Of a stretch of 64,000 nt of DNA, positions 54,866-63,773 are shown piece by piece. The notes under the pieces were generated by a model. That model ran no database searches and was not told the origin of the DNA. It was given only the letters and a program-made list of their open reading frames with translations. How positions within the stretch are numbered: the first letter of the stretch is position 1; every line of letters starts with the position of its first letter. This DNA is from Candidatus Micrarchaeota archaeon (lineage in GTDB: Archaea > Micrarchaeota > Micrarchaeia > Micrarchaeales > CABMGC01): positions 8,380-72,379 of the forward strand of contig JAGWGY010000001.1 in the NCBI GenBank assembly GCA_028867115.1, written 5' to 3'. Both the position numbers and the translations under genes were made by a program.

Positions 54866-55087
54866 TTAATTACAGTTTGAGCGAGTTGGTGAGGAGAATT
54901 TTGGATAGCTATAATTGAACAGTACAACATTGTGAAAATTACATTCTAGTTCTTGTGTTGTCAAAAACACCGCGTAAGCATATGCCGTTTGAATACCATA
55001 AATGTATTTGGTCATAATATAATTTGAGTAGATTCCAGATATTACGAGCACCAATGATACTGCCAAAAATATCCCGTAAGCAGACAT
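54866..55087 (-). CDS. small membrane protein, last gene of pilus operon
   Basis: 73 aa; N-terminal hydrophobic helix; abuts the upstream gene. Confidence 0.4.
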   Translation of the reverse strand: MSAYGIFLAVSLVLVISGIYSNYIMTKYIYGIQTAYAYAVFLTTQELECNFHNVVLFNYSYPKFSSPTRSNCN

Positions 55088-55471
55088 TCAATCACCAACT
55101 TCAATGCAGAGCGTGCTATTCCTTTTGCCATAATAAATACATGTTTGTACCAAAGGTGAGTTGACATAGCCTAAGCTAATATTAGGTGCCTTTGCTGCAA
55201 TATTTACTTTGTATAATTTGTTATATATCAGAAATAAGTTGCTTAAACATGTAGAATTACTTGATGATAGGTTCTCAACACATAACTTCGTAGAGCCATT
55301 AAAATCTAGCTGATTGATAAGATCATATATGGCAAAGTTGCTTATCAATGCACTCTTCTGTGTAAAGAGGGTTAAAGTTGCAGAGTTCATGGCATTGGTA
55401 GTATAAGTAATAGCAAAAATTGCCAGCAAGATAGAGGTAACTGATTCGGCCACTGCAAATTGCGCCTTCAT
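55088..55471 (-). CDS. pilin-like protein (degenerate class III signal)
   Basis: 127 aa; MKA-QFAVAESVTSILLAIFAITY. Confidence 0.5.
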   Translation of the reverse strand: MKAQFAVAESVTSILLAIFAITYTTNAMNSATLTLFTQKSALISNFAIYDLINQLDFNGSTKLCVENLSSSNSTCLSNLFLIYNKLYKVNIAAKAPNISLGYVNSPLVQTCIYYGKRNSTLCIEVGD

Positions 55472-56737
55472 TTAAGCACCTTTTACGTTAATATAGGATC
55501 CAAGGTATTGAAGAGTCATATTTTCTATGCTAAGCCCATTAAAAGATGCATTTATGATGTATGAGAAAGGATATTGTGAGTAGCAAGTATAATTCTCTAT
55601 GTTGAAGGTACAGCCTTTGCCTAGAATTCCTGAGCTATTGAGCAGCTTATTTACTGTATTAATGTAGCTAAATCCCATGGATTCCAAAGCAGATGCGATA
55701 TCTGGCGAGACTTCTGATCCATTGTACGCACTAAGTTGGGAATATAGGGAGTTCTTATCGGATAGGTATGCCTGATAATTTGAGGAATTTACGGGTGAGA
55801 TCCCTTTGGGACCATCGAGGAAGTTTTGGTTTATTTGTTGTGCAATACCGCTCGCATTCTCTACTGACGCATTTCCTACATCCAGATTGTTTAATGTAAG
55901 CCTGCTGGATTTATTGTTCGAGATATTAGAGCGGATAGTAAAATTTTCTGAGGCTAATTTCAAAGTGAAGTTATAATGCAACGAGGCGCCTGCTTGCCCA
56001 GCGGACATATCCTGGTAGCCACTATCTACAGGGATAAAGCAGTAGGTTTCGGTATAGTAGCTACTTGTTTGGTAACAAACGTCTGAGAATACTGATACCG
56101 ACCACTCTCCACCAGAACCGCACTGTTGTCGTGTAGGCCCCCACCCATTTGCATAGGTACAGTGGGAGAATACCTGCATTTGAATTATGTTGCCGGCATC
56201 TAATAGTGGATATACGTATGACTCGTTTCTATTTAGTATAGTCGCTGTTAGCTGATTAGTCTGCAGTTGTATACCTTGTTTAGTTCCATAGGTGGAATAT
56301 GTAGTGTTTATTGTTCTTCTAATGTTATTGCACGTGGTCGTCGAATTTACGCTTATTTGGTTATACCCCATATTAAGAGGAGTAAAATAGATATCAAAAA
56401 CCTCAATGCCGCTTAAGGTGGAATTTAGCGAATCTTGTGAAAAAAGTACAGATTTAGAGATAAAATTTAGTCTTATTGACCCATTACACCCATATGCAAC
56501 GAGCCGCATTATGTTTGGGTTATCAAGAACTGCGCTCTGTGGTACAAAAACCCTTACCTCCATATTCTGCGGGTAAATAATTTGTGGACCGTATGTAGAT
56601 GCGTTAAAAGAACTAAAATTATTGAACTTAGATTGGTTAGAATGGATCGTTTGGCTGTAAGATGAGACCATTATAACAATCAGTACACTTATCGTGCTTG
56701 CAGCAAGTAGGAACTCTACACTAGCCTGCATTTTCAT
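55472..56737 (-). CDS. large pilin-like protein (class III signal plus about 390-aa N/S/T-rich domain)
   Basis: 421 aa; MKM-QASVEFLLAASTISVLIVIMV. Confidence 0.6.
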   Translation of the reverse strand: MKMQASVEFLLAASTISVLIVIMVSSYSQTIHSNQSKFNNFSSFNASTYGPQIIYPQNMEVRVFVPQSAVLDNPNIMRLVAYGCNGSIRLNFISKSVLFSQDSLNSTLSGIEVFDIYFTPLNMGYNQISVNSTTTCNNIRRTINTTYSTYGTKQGIQLQTNQLTATILNRNESYVYPLLDAGNIIQMQVFSHCTYANGWGPTRQQCGSGGEWSVSVFSDVCYQTSSYYTETYCFIPVDSGYQDMSAGQAGASLHYNFTLKLASENFTIRSNISNNKSSRLTLNNLDVGNASVENASGIAQQINQNFLDGPKGISPVNSSNYQAYLSDKNSLYSQLSAYNGSEVSPDIASALESMGFSYINTVNKLLNSSGILGKGCTFNIENYTCYSQYPFSYIINASFNGLSIENMTLQYLGSYINVKGA

Positions 56738-57101
56738 GACTTAACACCAGGATTATGCTCTTTCCATTTAGAGTGACTATTCGGCAAACCCCCATAGTTT
56801 CACAGCCAGCTGGAGAAGAGTTGGAAAGCTGTAGGATTTGCGATTGTATCAGGTTTTCTGAGGAGTAATTACTAATGAAAGAAATTAATCCAGAATTATT
56901 TTCTGGATAACTATCGATAACAGAAGCGATTATCTGCGAGATAGTGTAGAGCTTGAGCTGCATCACACTGTTTGTGGAAAGAGAGGATAACGAGAGCGTT
57001 TGCATATGCCAGGTGTAAAGTAATAGAAGCACTGCTGTCGAGACTATTGGCAAAGAGATAGTAAGATCTAGTGAAATGAGTGCACCAATAATTTTTGACA
57101 T
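56721..57101 (-). CDS. minor pilin-like protein
   Basis: 126 aa; MSKIIGA-LISLDLTISLPIVSTAVLLLL. Confidence 0.45.
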   Translation of the reverse strand: MSKIIGALISLDLTISLPIVSTAVLLLLYTWHMQTLSLSSLSTNSVMQLKLYTISQIIASVIDSYPENNSGLISFISNYSSENLIQSQILQLSNSSPAGCETMGVCRIVTLNGKSIILVLSHENAG

Positions 57102-57310
57102 GAAATCAACCTTAAATCAACTACACAACTGGCACACGAGGCGGCCAATTCTTCGGTATATGTAGCAGCGCTACAGGACGCATTCTTTTCAATCCCAATA
57201 ACTTTAGTTGCTCCAAAGTGGAGTTTTGAGAGCAGCAACAGCGAGGATAATGCAAATAACATAACTATTGACATACCTACAATAACCTCTAAACTAATCT
57301 GAGCTCGCAT
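57068..57310 (-). CDS. type IV pilin-like protein (QxSxE)
   Basis: 80 aa; MRA-QISLEVIVGMSIVMLFALSSLLLL. Confidence 0.6.
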   Translation of the reverse strand: MRAQISLEVIVGMSIVMLFALSSLLLLSKLHFGATKVIGIEKNASCSAATYTEELAASCASCVVDLRLISCQKLLVHSFH

Positions 57311-57693
57311 TACGACACCCTGTTTAGTATGTAATATTCTCCCTTGTAGGAAATGCTTAGGACCGATCCCCCTCCATCAGGACAAAATACCCCCTTAGGG
57401 ATAGAAATGCCATCTGCAATGCTTAGATTTCCATAAATTGTGGAAAGGACGCCAGATTTCACGTATGCACTGCACATCCCGCTTGGGAGATATGCCGAGA
57501 ACTCCTGGTAGGCTACTCCTGTGAGTGCTGCAGAGTTTAATTTAGAGACCATGGATGAGACCTGGTATTCACTGAGCAGGTAGGTGACGTGCACCATCCC
57601 AACACGTAGCGTGTTTGCAATGAACAGCAGTGATACGCCCGAGAGGGAGATGTAAGCAAGTACCTCAAGTGAGAGCTGCGCCCTCATCATCAC
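57310..57693 (-). CDS. type IV pilin-like protein (QxSxE)
   Basis: 127 aa; MMMRA-QLSLEVLAYISLSGVSLLFI. Confidence 0.6.
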   Translation of the reverse strand: MMMRAQLSLEVLAYISLSGVSLLFIANTLRVGMVHVTYLLSEYQVSSMVSKLNSAALTGVAYQEFSAYLPSGMCSAYVKSGVLSTIYGNLSIADGISIPKGVFCPDGGGSVLSISYKGEYYILNRVS

Positions 57694-57944
57694 TACACCA
57701 CATTAGATGAAAGCGAGGATAGCTCATGGGATATTGCACCGGATATGCTCATGTTGCTCCCATTTACCATTATATTTGAAGTCGCGGCACCTTTCAGCTT
57801 CACCACCATGGCCAAGGCTATCGCTATTACAAGACTAGCCGCTGCAAGCATCATTATGTACTCCAATGATCCTTGCCCCTTCTTTGACCTCGCCACTGCG
57901 AGCAACGCTTTTGCTTCCAAAAGGAATCTTATTCTATTTTCCAT
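57693..57944 (-). CDS. small type IV pilin (candidate major pilin)
   Basis: 83 aa from internal ATG 57944: MENRIRFLLEAKALLAVARSKKG-QGSLEYIMMLAAASLVIAIALAMVV; the longer ORF-track form overlaps the upstream gene. Confidence 0.6.
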   Translation of the reverse strand: MENRIRFLLEAKALLAVARSKKGQGSLEYIMMLAAASLVIAIALAMVVKLKGAATSNIMVNGSNMSISGAISHELSSLSSNVV

Positions 57945-57952
57945 TTTCCCAC

Positions 57953-58606
57953 CTATATTACATAAGAAGAAAAGCCAAAGGATGCAGATTGCAATGCATA
58001 TGCTATGCCCGCTAAGGGGGCAACATATTGCAGAATCTCGGAAATTCGTAGCCAAGGCTTGATTAGGATTCTGTTTATGCAAAGGACAATTATGATGTAG
58101 AGCATGCTTATCGATCTTATACCCCATGTCGTCACGGCTTTGCCAGTTCCAATCAATGAGCTGGAAGCTATACTTGATGCAATTCCGCTGAATAATGGGA
58201 AGAAAAGGATTACACCTATCACTGACAGTGTCTGCATCCCACTTACTTTGGCGTTCATCATGTTCCTAAGTTCGCTCTTCTGCAATTGTAAGGAGTGGAA
58301 ATCTTCCAGATTTTTCTCTATTTCAACCCCATTAGATGCACCTAAATGAAGTATTTTCAGAAGATTGTACATTTCCGCCCCGAATTTTTGTGGTATTTCT
58401 GCGCCAAAGTCGGACATCCTCCAACGTTTTGCGAGAACACATAGTGTTTCGTATTTAACATCATTAGAGACTGCCGCCTCGAGCGCCTTTATTGCAGAAT
58501 GCGAGGCCCTATAGTTATAGAGTACGCTTGAGCTGAGGGAGATTATTTCGGACAGGCTATCGCTATTTGCATTGATTAATACGGATGATCTAGACCACAT
58601 TTTCAA
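57953..58606 (-). CDS. pilus platform membrane protein, half 2 (single T2SSF/TadC-like domain)
   Basis: 217 aa; helical cytoplasmic N-part then 3 TM segments; follows half 1 with a 17-nt overlap. Confidence 0.5.
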   Translation of the reverse strand: MKMWSRSSVLINANSDSLSEIISLSSSVLYNYRASHSAIKALEAAVSNDVKYETLCVLAKRWRMSDFGAEIPQKFGAEMYNLLKILHLGASNGVEIEKNLEDFHSLQLQKSELRNMMNAKVSGMQTLSVIGVILFFPLFSGIASSIASSSLIGTGKAVTTWGIRSISMLYIIIVLCINRILIKPWLRISEILQYVAPLAGIAYALQSASFGFSSYVI

Positions 58607-59276
58607 TTAATCTCCTCGATAACGCAGTAACGCTTGTAGCATAGACAAAAGGCAGTACAATTAACAGCCCAATTGACAACCCGATAAGGCTAATGCTCGT
58701 TTGGCTGATAACAGTCGAACCAATATACCCAAAAATGAGAAATGAGGGCAATATTGCCGATAAAAACATGCTAATTGTAGAATAGCGCTGAATGGAATCT
58801 GATGCTGTTGATAGCCGCGCCTTTCGTTTTTGTAAAGAGGAGACAACAAATCTGCTTACTTTATCATATAAATCTCCAGAAGTGGGGATTGTGTTTTCAC
58901 CCCCAATAACCTCTATGAATTCTGCGTTTATTGCATTAAGGAGCGTATCCCCCAGGCGGATCCTGTTCTTTATCCTAATTAGGTTTGGTGGGCTGCTTGC
59001 CCCGAAAGACCTTTCTACCATCTCTTTTGAGGTTGCATTGCGATATTTGTAATAGATGATAGAGGATAGGAACTGCAGGACTTGGCCTTTAAGTATTGCT
59101 TTTTGGTAGAGGTCTGCAAGCAATCCCATGGCCCTTAACAGGAATAGCAGGAGAAATGCGCAGATTAGGAGGATATCGGTTTCAAGAAAGAGGCTTGTTA
59201 TCCCATTAATTACGACTATCAAAAAACAGACTAGGAGCGAAAGTGCAAGTGCGCTAATTAATTGATGATATTTCAT
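58590..59276 (-). CDS. pilus platform membrane protein, half 1 (single T2SSF/TadB-like domain)
   Basis: 228 aa; TM-helical-TM topology; ATGA overlap with the ATPase gene. Confidence 0.5.
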   Translation of the reverse strand: MKYHQLISALALSLLVCFLIVVINGITSLFLETDILLICAFLLLFLLRAMGLLADLYQKAILKGQVLQFLSSIIYYKYRNATSKEMVERSFGASSPPNLIRIKNRIRLGDTLLNAINAEFIEVIGGENTIPTSGDLYDKVSRFVVSSLQKRKARLSTASDSIQRYSTISMFLSAILPSFLIFGYIGSTVISQTSISLIGLSIGLLIVLPFVYATSVTALSRRLIENVV

Positions 59277-60766
59277 TTTTGTAACCCATATTGGTGTATA
59301 TATTCTACCAGTTCGATGGTAGCTGTAGTACCGCCAGACAGCTTCTTTAGGAAATCTGCGCGCTTTCGGAGCTCCTTGAGCGCCTGTGATTTAGAAACTG
59401 ACTTTTTCTTTGAATAGACTTCAATAATTTTTGATTCTGAGAGTGCTTTTTGATCGACTGCGGCATTTAAGGCCACCTCATTTGTGCTTAGCATATCATC
59501 ACCGATTTTTATGCCCCCTCCGAGAATTTCTGCCCTGCTTAGCCATTTGTACTCTGTAATCCCTGTTACCAATCGTGATCCGAACCCATTATGGGTCATC
59601 TGTACGGATATATCTAGAGAACTTAATGACTCCTGCTGCACGCTCATCGGATTAACCATGAGTCGCTTTATTACAGATATTCCCGCCTCGCTGCTGTGGA
59701 TAGTTGCTAGGAAAGGAACGCCAAAGTTTGCGCCAGTGAAGAGTTCCCGCGTCTCTTCGCCACGCAGCTCCCCGACCACCAGAAGGTCTGGGCGCATCCG
59801 AAGCGAGTTTATTACCTGGGACCTAACGTCCACACCTTTCCCGTGCCTGAACCCATTCAAAGCGACTACGCTCTGCACATTGGGATAGAACTTGAGCTCG
59901 TTTACGTCCTCCTCTATGGTTATAACCCTGCTGTGTGCTGGCGCTAATGCAATAAGAGAGCTGAGTAATGTCGTTTTGCCGCTTGCTGGCGCGCCGGAAA
60001 TAAGAATGCTTGCGCCACTCTCTATTGCAATCCACAAGTAAGCTGCAGAATCATAATTGATAGTAGAGGTTTGCAGCAAACGAACGATGTTGGACTCTTT
60101 CCTCCCTCCCATCCTTATTGTGGCACATGCCCCGTTTACAGCATAAGGCCTAAGCTGTGCGTGGATCCTAGCATCTGCTACCTGGACATCTATTACAGGA
60201 GTTGACTCGTTTATTTCAGCATCGCAATCGTAGATTAGCCTATTAATGGCACTGCGGAATTCTGTCTCTCCGCAAAATTGCAGATTTGTGACGCACCTGC
60301 CATATTTTGAGTGGTAGATTGAGATCGCAGAAGTTGGGGAGTTGATTTCTATTTCCTCTATATTGACCTTATCCTCCATCAGTATCCCGATAGGCCCATA
60401 GCCGATGGTGTCGTGTGCAACAATCTCTGCGAGTTTTCTGGCATTTTGAAAAGGCATGGCAGAGGAGAGTTCTGCGACTGCAATCTGCTTTGCACGCTCA
60501 AAATCTTCAGGAGTTATAGTACTTTTTGAAGAGAGTTCGTCCACTACTCTCCCTTTTGCAAAACCGGCTGCTTTAATCTCTGATTGTGCAAACTGCGCCT
60601 GGTCATATCCCACGAGATACTGTGGAATTTTTCCAGTGCGGCAAATACAGCGTTTAATCGGAAGGTCTACTACCTCTTCTATAGGGCCATGTTCTGTGGA
60701 ATAAATCGAGAATCCAAGTTTAGAATAAGGTTTGGGCTTCTGCGGTTCTTTTCTGAACGAAAACAT
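59273..60766 (-). CDS. type IV filament assembly ATPase (GspE/VirB11/ArlI-PilB superfamily)
   Basis: 497 aa; Walker A ISGAPASGKTT, Walker B/Asp box PDLLVVGELRGEE, His box ATIHS. Confidence 0.85.
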   Translation of the reverse strand: MFSFRKEPQKPKPYSKLGFSIYSTEHGPIEEVVDLPIKRCICRTGKIPQYLVGYDQAQFAQSEIKAAGFAKGRVVDELSSKSTITPEDFERAKQIAVAELSSAMPFQNARKLAEIVAHDTIGYGPIGILMEDKVNIEEIEINSPTSAISIYHSKYGRCVTNLQFCGETEFRSAINRLIYDCDAEINESTPVIDVQVADARIHAQLRPYAVNGACATIRMGGRKESNIVRLLQTSTINYDSAAYLWIAIESGASILISGAPASGKTTLLSSLIALAPAHSRVITIEEDVNELKFYPNVQSVVALNGFRHGKGVDVRSQVINSLRMRPDLLVVGELRGEETRELFTGANFGVPFLATIHSSEAGISVIKRLMVNPMSVQQESLSSLDISVQMTHNGFGSRLVTGITEYKWLSRAEILGGGIKIGDDMLSTNEVALNAAVDQKALSESKIIEVYSKKKSVSKSQALKELRKRADFLKKLSGGTTATIELVEYIHQYGLQK

Positions 60767-60785
60767 TTACTATAACACCATTTTG

Positions 60786-60797
60786 ATTATTTAAGTA
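60786..60797 (-). promoter_or_regulatory. TATA-like element for the pilus operon
   Basis: Minus strand ACTTAAATAAT ends about 20 nt upstream of the ATPase ATG (60766); extremely A/T-rich 150-nt region. Confidence 0.4.
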
Positions 60798-60925
60798 AAT
60801 AATATTTATTATAATATACATAATAAGATTTATATAGCTTGCGAAAAAAGTTTCCTGAAAGTAAAAGTATTTTCCACGGCGGGCCCCGAATATATCTTTA
60901 TAAAACTTCACGGAGATGTATTATC

Positions 60926-61252
60926 ATGGCAGGCAGAGAGAAGGAGAAAGACGAGATATGGAAGGTGCGCAAACTCCTCAGCAGACCCAATTATGCCGTG
61001 CTAAAGCTGCTCATGGAAAAGTCCCCAAGGACAACCCGCGAGCTCTACCAGAAGCTCGGGACCCATTTCACAAGAAAGACGCTAATCATAACGCTGCGCG
61101 ACCTCTCGATGCAGCTAAACGTGCTCCAGCCGACGCACATACGCACGGACAGGGGATACGGCCTGGGCTACAGCATAAACCCAAAGCTGAAGGAGGTCAT
61201 AAAGTCGGTTGAGAAGTTCGAGAAGGTCGTCGAGTCGCTAGGAGACAACTAA
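60926..61252 (+). CDS. winged-helix transcriptional regulator (ArsR/TrmB-like)
   Basis: 108 aa from ATG 60926; NYAVLKLLMEKSPRTTRELYQKLGTHFTRKTLIITLRDL. Confidence 0.55.
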   Translation: MAGREKEKDEIWKVRKLLSRPNYAVLKLLMEKSPRTTRELYQKLGTHFTRKTLIITLRDLSMQLNVLQPTHIRTDRGYGLGYSINPKLKEVIKSVEKFEKVVESLGDN

Positions 61253-61263
61253 ATAGTGGTTCT

Positions 61264-61680
61264 TTGCACAGGCTGCAGATCACCCCGGGCCTAAGGAAGG
61301 TGCTAGAGGAGGTGCACGAGAAGAAGCTCTCGCTTAAGCAGTCCGCAGACCTCCTTGCGGGATACAACATAGGCCCAGACACCCTGCGTGAGCTCTGGGG
61401 CATGATAGGGCTGAAGCCAAACTACGACTATTACGCAAAGAGCATGACGGATGAGGTTAGGGTGGATGTTGAAATCCTCTACGGGCAGAGGTACAGCCCG
61501 AAGGAGATCTCGATGGAGCTCAAGATCACCAAGAGGAACGCAGAGGAGGAGATTTGGCGGATAGACATAAGGAAGGCAAAGGAGAGGAATGATGCCCAGA
61601 AGACGCAGACACCACCAGCCAAGGACAATTGGGCTGGGATTTCGGATGCCTTCCCGACCTTTAACAAAAAGACAAAGTAA
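61264..61680 (+). CDS. hypothetical protein with HTH-like segments
   Basis: 138 aa, TTG start; SLKQSADLLAG... and YSPKEISMELKITKRNAE resemble HTH units. Confidence 0.4.
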   Translation: MHRLQITPGLRKVLEEVHEKKLSLKQSADLLAGYNIGPDTLRELWGMIGLKPNYDYYAKSMTDEVRVDVEILYGQRYSPKEISMELKITKRNAEEEIWRIDIRKAKERNDAQKTQTPPAKDNWAGISDAFPTFNKKTK

Positions 61681-61713
61681 TTTAAGTTTTGAAATGAAAA
61701 TGGGTATGGTTTT

Positions 61714-62436
61714 ATGATAACAAAAAAGCCTTACGTCATAACTGAGATAATAAAGGAGACGCCCGATGTGAGCCTTTTCAAGTTCAAGGCACAGGACGGC
61801 AGCACTCTTAGCTACGATCCTGGCATGTTCGTCATGATCCACTACCGCAACCCGCAGACGGGAGAAGAGATAGGCAGGGCTTTTTCCCTCGCATCAAAGC
61901 CAGATGATGCTGAGCTCGAGTTTGCGATCAGCATGATCCATGGCAGGTTCACATCGCATCTTGACACGGCAAATGTCGGGGACGTGTACTACTTCAGCGG
62001 GCCTTACGGCCAGTTCAAGTACAACCCTACGGAGAACAAGAAGGTTCTCTTCGTTGCAGGTGGCACAGGCGTTGCGCCGTTCCTGTCGATGCTCAGGCTT
62101 ATCGACGAGAAGAAGTACGACACTGACGTGAAGCTCATCTACAGCATGAGGCACCCCGAGGAGATAATAAGGAAGGGGGAGCTCGATTCGTACAAAAGCA
62201 CGATGAAGTTCGATTACGTTATCACTGTGACAAGGCAGGAGACAGATGCGGACAAGTCATGGCAGGGGGAGCACGGGCACGTTGATGCGGAGATGATCAA
62301 GAGGCACCTTAACGACACGCCTGAGAGGACCTGCTATGTGTGCGGTCCGCTCAAGTTCACTAAGGCGGTGCAGGATGCGCTCACCGCGATTGGGGTCGAC
62401 AAGTCCAGGATAAAGGCGGACGTCTGGGGGGAATGA
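61714..62436 (+). CDS. ferredoxin-NADP reductase-like FAD/NAD(P)-binding oxidoreductase
   Basis: 240 aa; RAFSLAS (RxYS), GPYG, VAGGTGVAPF, CYVCGP. Confidence 0.7.
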   Translation: MITKKPYVITEIIKETPDVSLFKFKAQDGSTLSYDPGMFVMIHYRNPQTGEEIGRAFSLASKPDDAELEFAISMIHGRFTSHLDTANVGDVYYFSGPYGQFKYNPTENKKVLFVAGGTGVAPFLSMLRLIDEKKYDTDVKLIYSMRHPEEIIRKGELDSYKSTMKFDYVITVTRQETDADKSWQGEHGHVDAEMIKRHLNDTPERTCYVCGPLKFTKAVQDALTAIGVDKSRIKADVWGE

Positions 62437-62867
62437 TTTTGATGAGATGCCTCTCGGTATCTCAGCCGTATGCCGACCTTATAGTCTCGGGCAAGAAGAC
62501 AATAGAACTTAGGGCATGGAACACCAAGTTCAGAGGCGAATTTTTAGTTCATGCGCCATTGAAGGTTGATGCCAATGCTTGCAGGGTACTTGGGATCAAT
62601 GCCGCCAACCTTAGAAAAGGTGCGATAATCGGGAAGGCAGAGATTTGGGGCGTGAAAAAGTACAGGACCATAAAAGAGCTAAGAGAAGACCAGGACGGGC
62701 ATCTTGCAGGAAAAGGGTATCTTGACCACAGGTACGGATTTTTACTTAGGAATCCGAAGAGCCTCGAGGTTCCGATACCATACAAGGGAGCTTTGGGCTT
62801 CTTTGAAGTAAAGCTAAAATCAAAAATGAGGTTTAGAAACAATGAGGCGACAAATCGCCATCCTTAG
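62433..62867 (+). CDS. ASCH (PUA-like) domain protein
   Basis: 144 aa; LSVSQPYADLIVSGKKTIELRAW... Confidence 0.5.
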   Translation: MILMRCLSVSQPYADLIVSGKKTIELRAWNTKFRGEFLVHAPLKVDANACRVLGINAANLRKGAIIGKAEIWGVKKYRTIKELREDQDGHLAGKGYLDHRYGFLLRNPKSLEVPIPYKGALGFFEVKLKSKMRFRNNEATNRHP

Positions 62868-63766
62868 AGCTCCTTGCTCGCGATGTACAGTATTATCGCC
62901 TTCTCGATGAGCAGCTTGTTCTTCGCCTGCTCGAACACCACGCTCTGCTTTCCGTCCAATACCTCTGCCGTTATCTCCTCGCCCCTGTGCGCAGGCAGCG
63001 GGTGCATCACTATCGCCTTCTCGTCCGCCATCCTCAGGACCTTTGCGTTGAGCTGGTATGGCATGAAGAGCTTGCGCCTAAGGTCCGCTTCGCCCTCCTC
63101 ACCCATGCTGACGAATGTGTCCGTGTAGAGCACGTCTGATCCGTCCACGCCCTCCTCGACGTCATCGGACATCTTCAGTATTCCGTACTCCTTAGCCTTT
63201 GCGACAAACTTTGGGTGGGGTATGTAGTTTGCAGGCCCTACAAGCGCAATCTCCATTCCCATCTTTGTGCCTGCGAGTATCAGGGAGTTGAACGTGTTGT
63301 TCGCAGTGTCCCCGAGCAGGGACATCTTCAGCCCGTGCAGCTTCCTCTTGTACTGCCTAATGGTGTAAAGGTCGCCAAGAGCCTGCGTCGGGTGCTCAAG
63401 GTCCGTTAGCGCATTGATCACAGGGACAGAAGAGTTCTTTGCGATCTCGAGCAGGTCGGAGTGATGGAACAGCCTAGGGATTATGAAATCCACGTAGCTG
63501 CTGATCACCTTCGCGGTGTCCCCCCAGCTCTCCCCACGCGAGAGCTGCGTGGTCCTCGGGTCCACATAGATGTAGTTCCCGCCCAGCTGCGCCATCGCAA
63601 CCTCAAACGAGATCCTCGTCCTTGTGGACGGCTTCTCGAAAATAAGGACTGCTATGGCCCCCTTCTTTAGTGAGAGCCTCTCCTTGCCCTTCTTGAGGTC
63701 GTCAGCTATCTCGAATATCTCCTCTATCTGCGACTTTGAGAAGTCTTCAACGCTCAAGAAGTGCAT
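62864..63766 (-). CDS. argF: ornithine carbamoyltransferase-family protein (HPLP variant)
   Basis: STRTR, HPTQALGD, DTFVSMGEE (OTC-type DxxxSMG) but VMHPLPAHRGEE instead of HCLP; start at MHFLSVEDF. Confidence 0.7.
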   Translation of the reverse strand: MHFLSVEDFSKSQIEEIFEIADDLKKGKERLSLKKGAIAVLIFEKPSTRTRISFEVAMAQLGGNYIYVDPRTTQLSRGESWGDTAKVISSYVDFIIPRLFHHSDLLEIAKNSSVPVINALTDLEHPTQALGDLYTIRQYKRKLHGLKMSLLGDTANNTFNSLILAGTKMGMEIALVGPANYIPHPKFVAKAKEYGILKMSDDVEEGVDGSDVLYTDTFVSMGEEGEADLRRKLFMPYQLNAKVLRMADEKAIVMHPLPAHRGEEITAEVLDGKQSVVFEQAKNKLLIEKAIILYIASKEL

Positions 63767-63773
63767 CAAGGTA

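Noticed and set aside
57945-58127. N-terminal 61-codon extension of the small pilin ORF (144-aa ORF-track form)
   Set aside because: It overlaps the upstream platform gene. The Cys/His-rich sequence is unlike the rest, and the internal ATG gives a canonical class III signal peptide.
54833-60925. Idea that the pilus operon is itself bounded by a fourth att-like repeat on its right side
   Set aside because: I scanned 60767-61700 and found no copy of CGCGGAGTCCAGAC or of the AAAAATAACCCC arm. The right boundary of the AT-rich block is defined only by composition.
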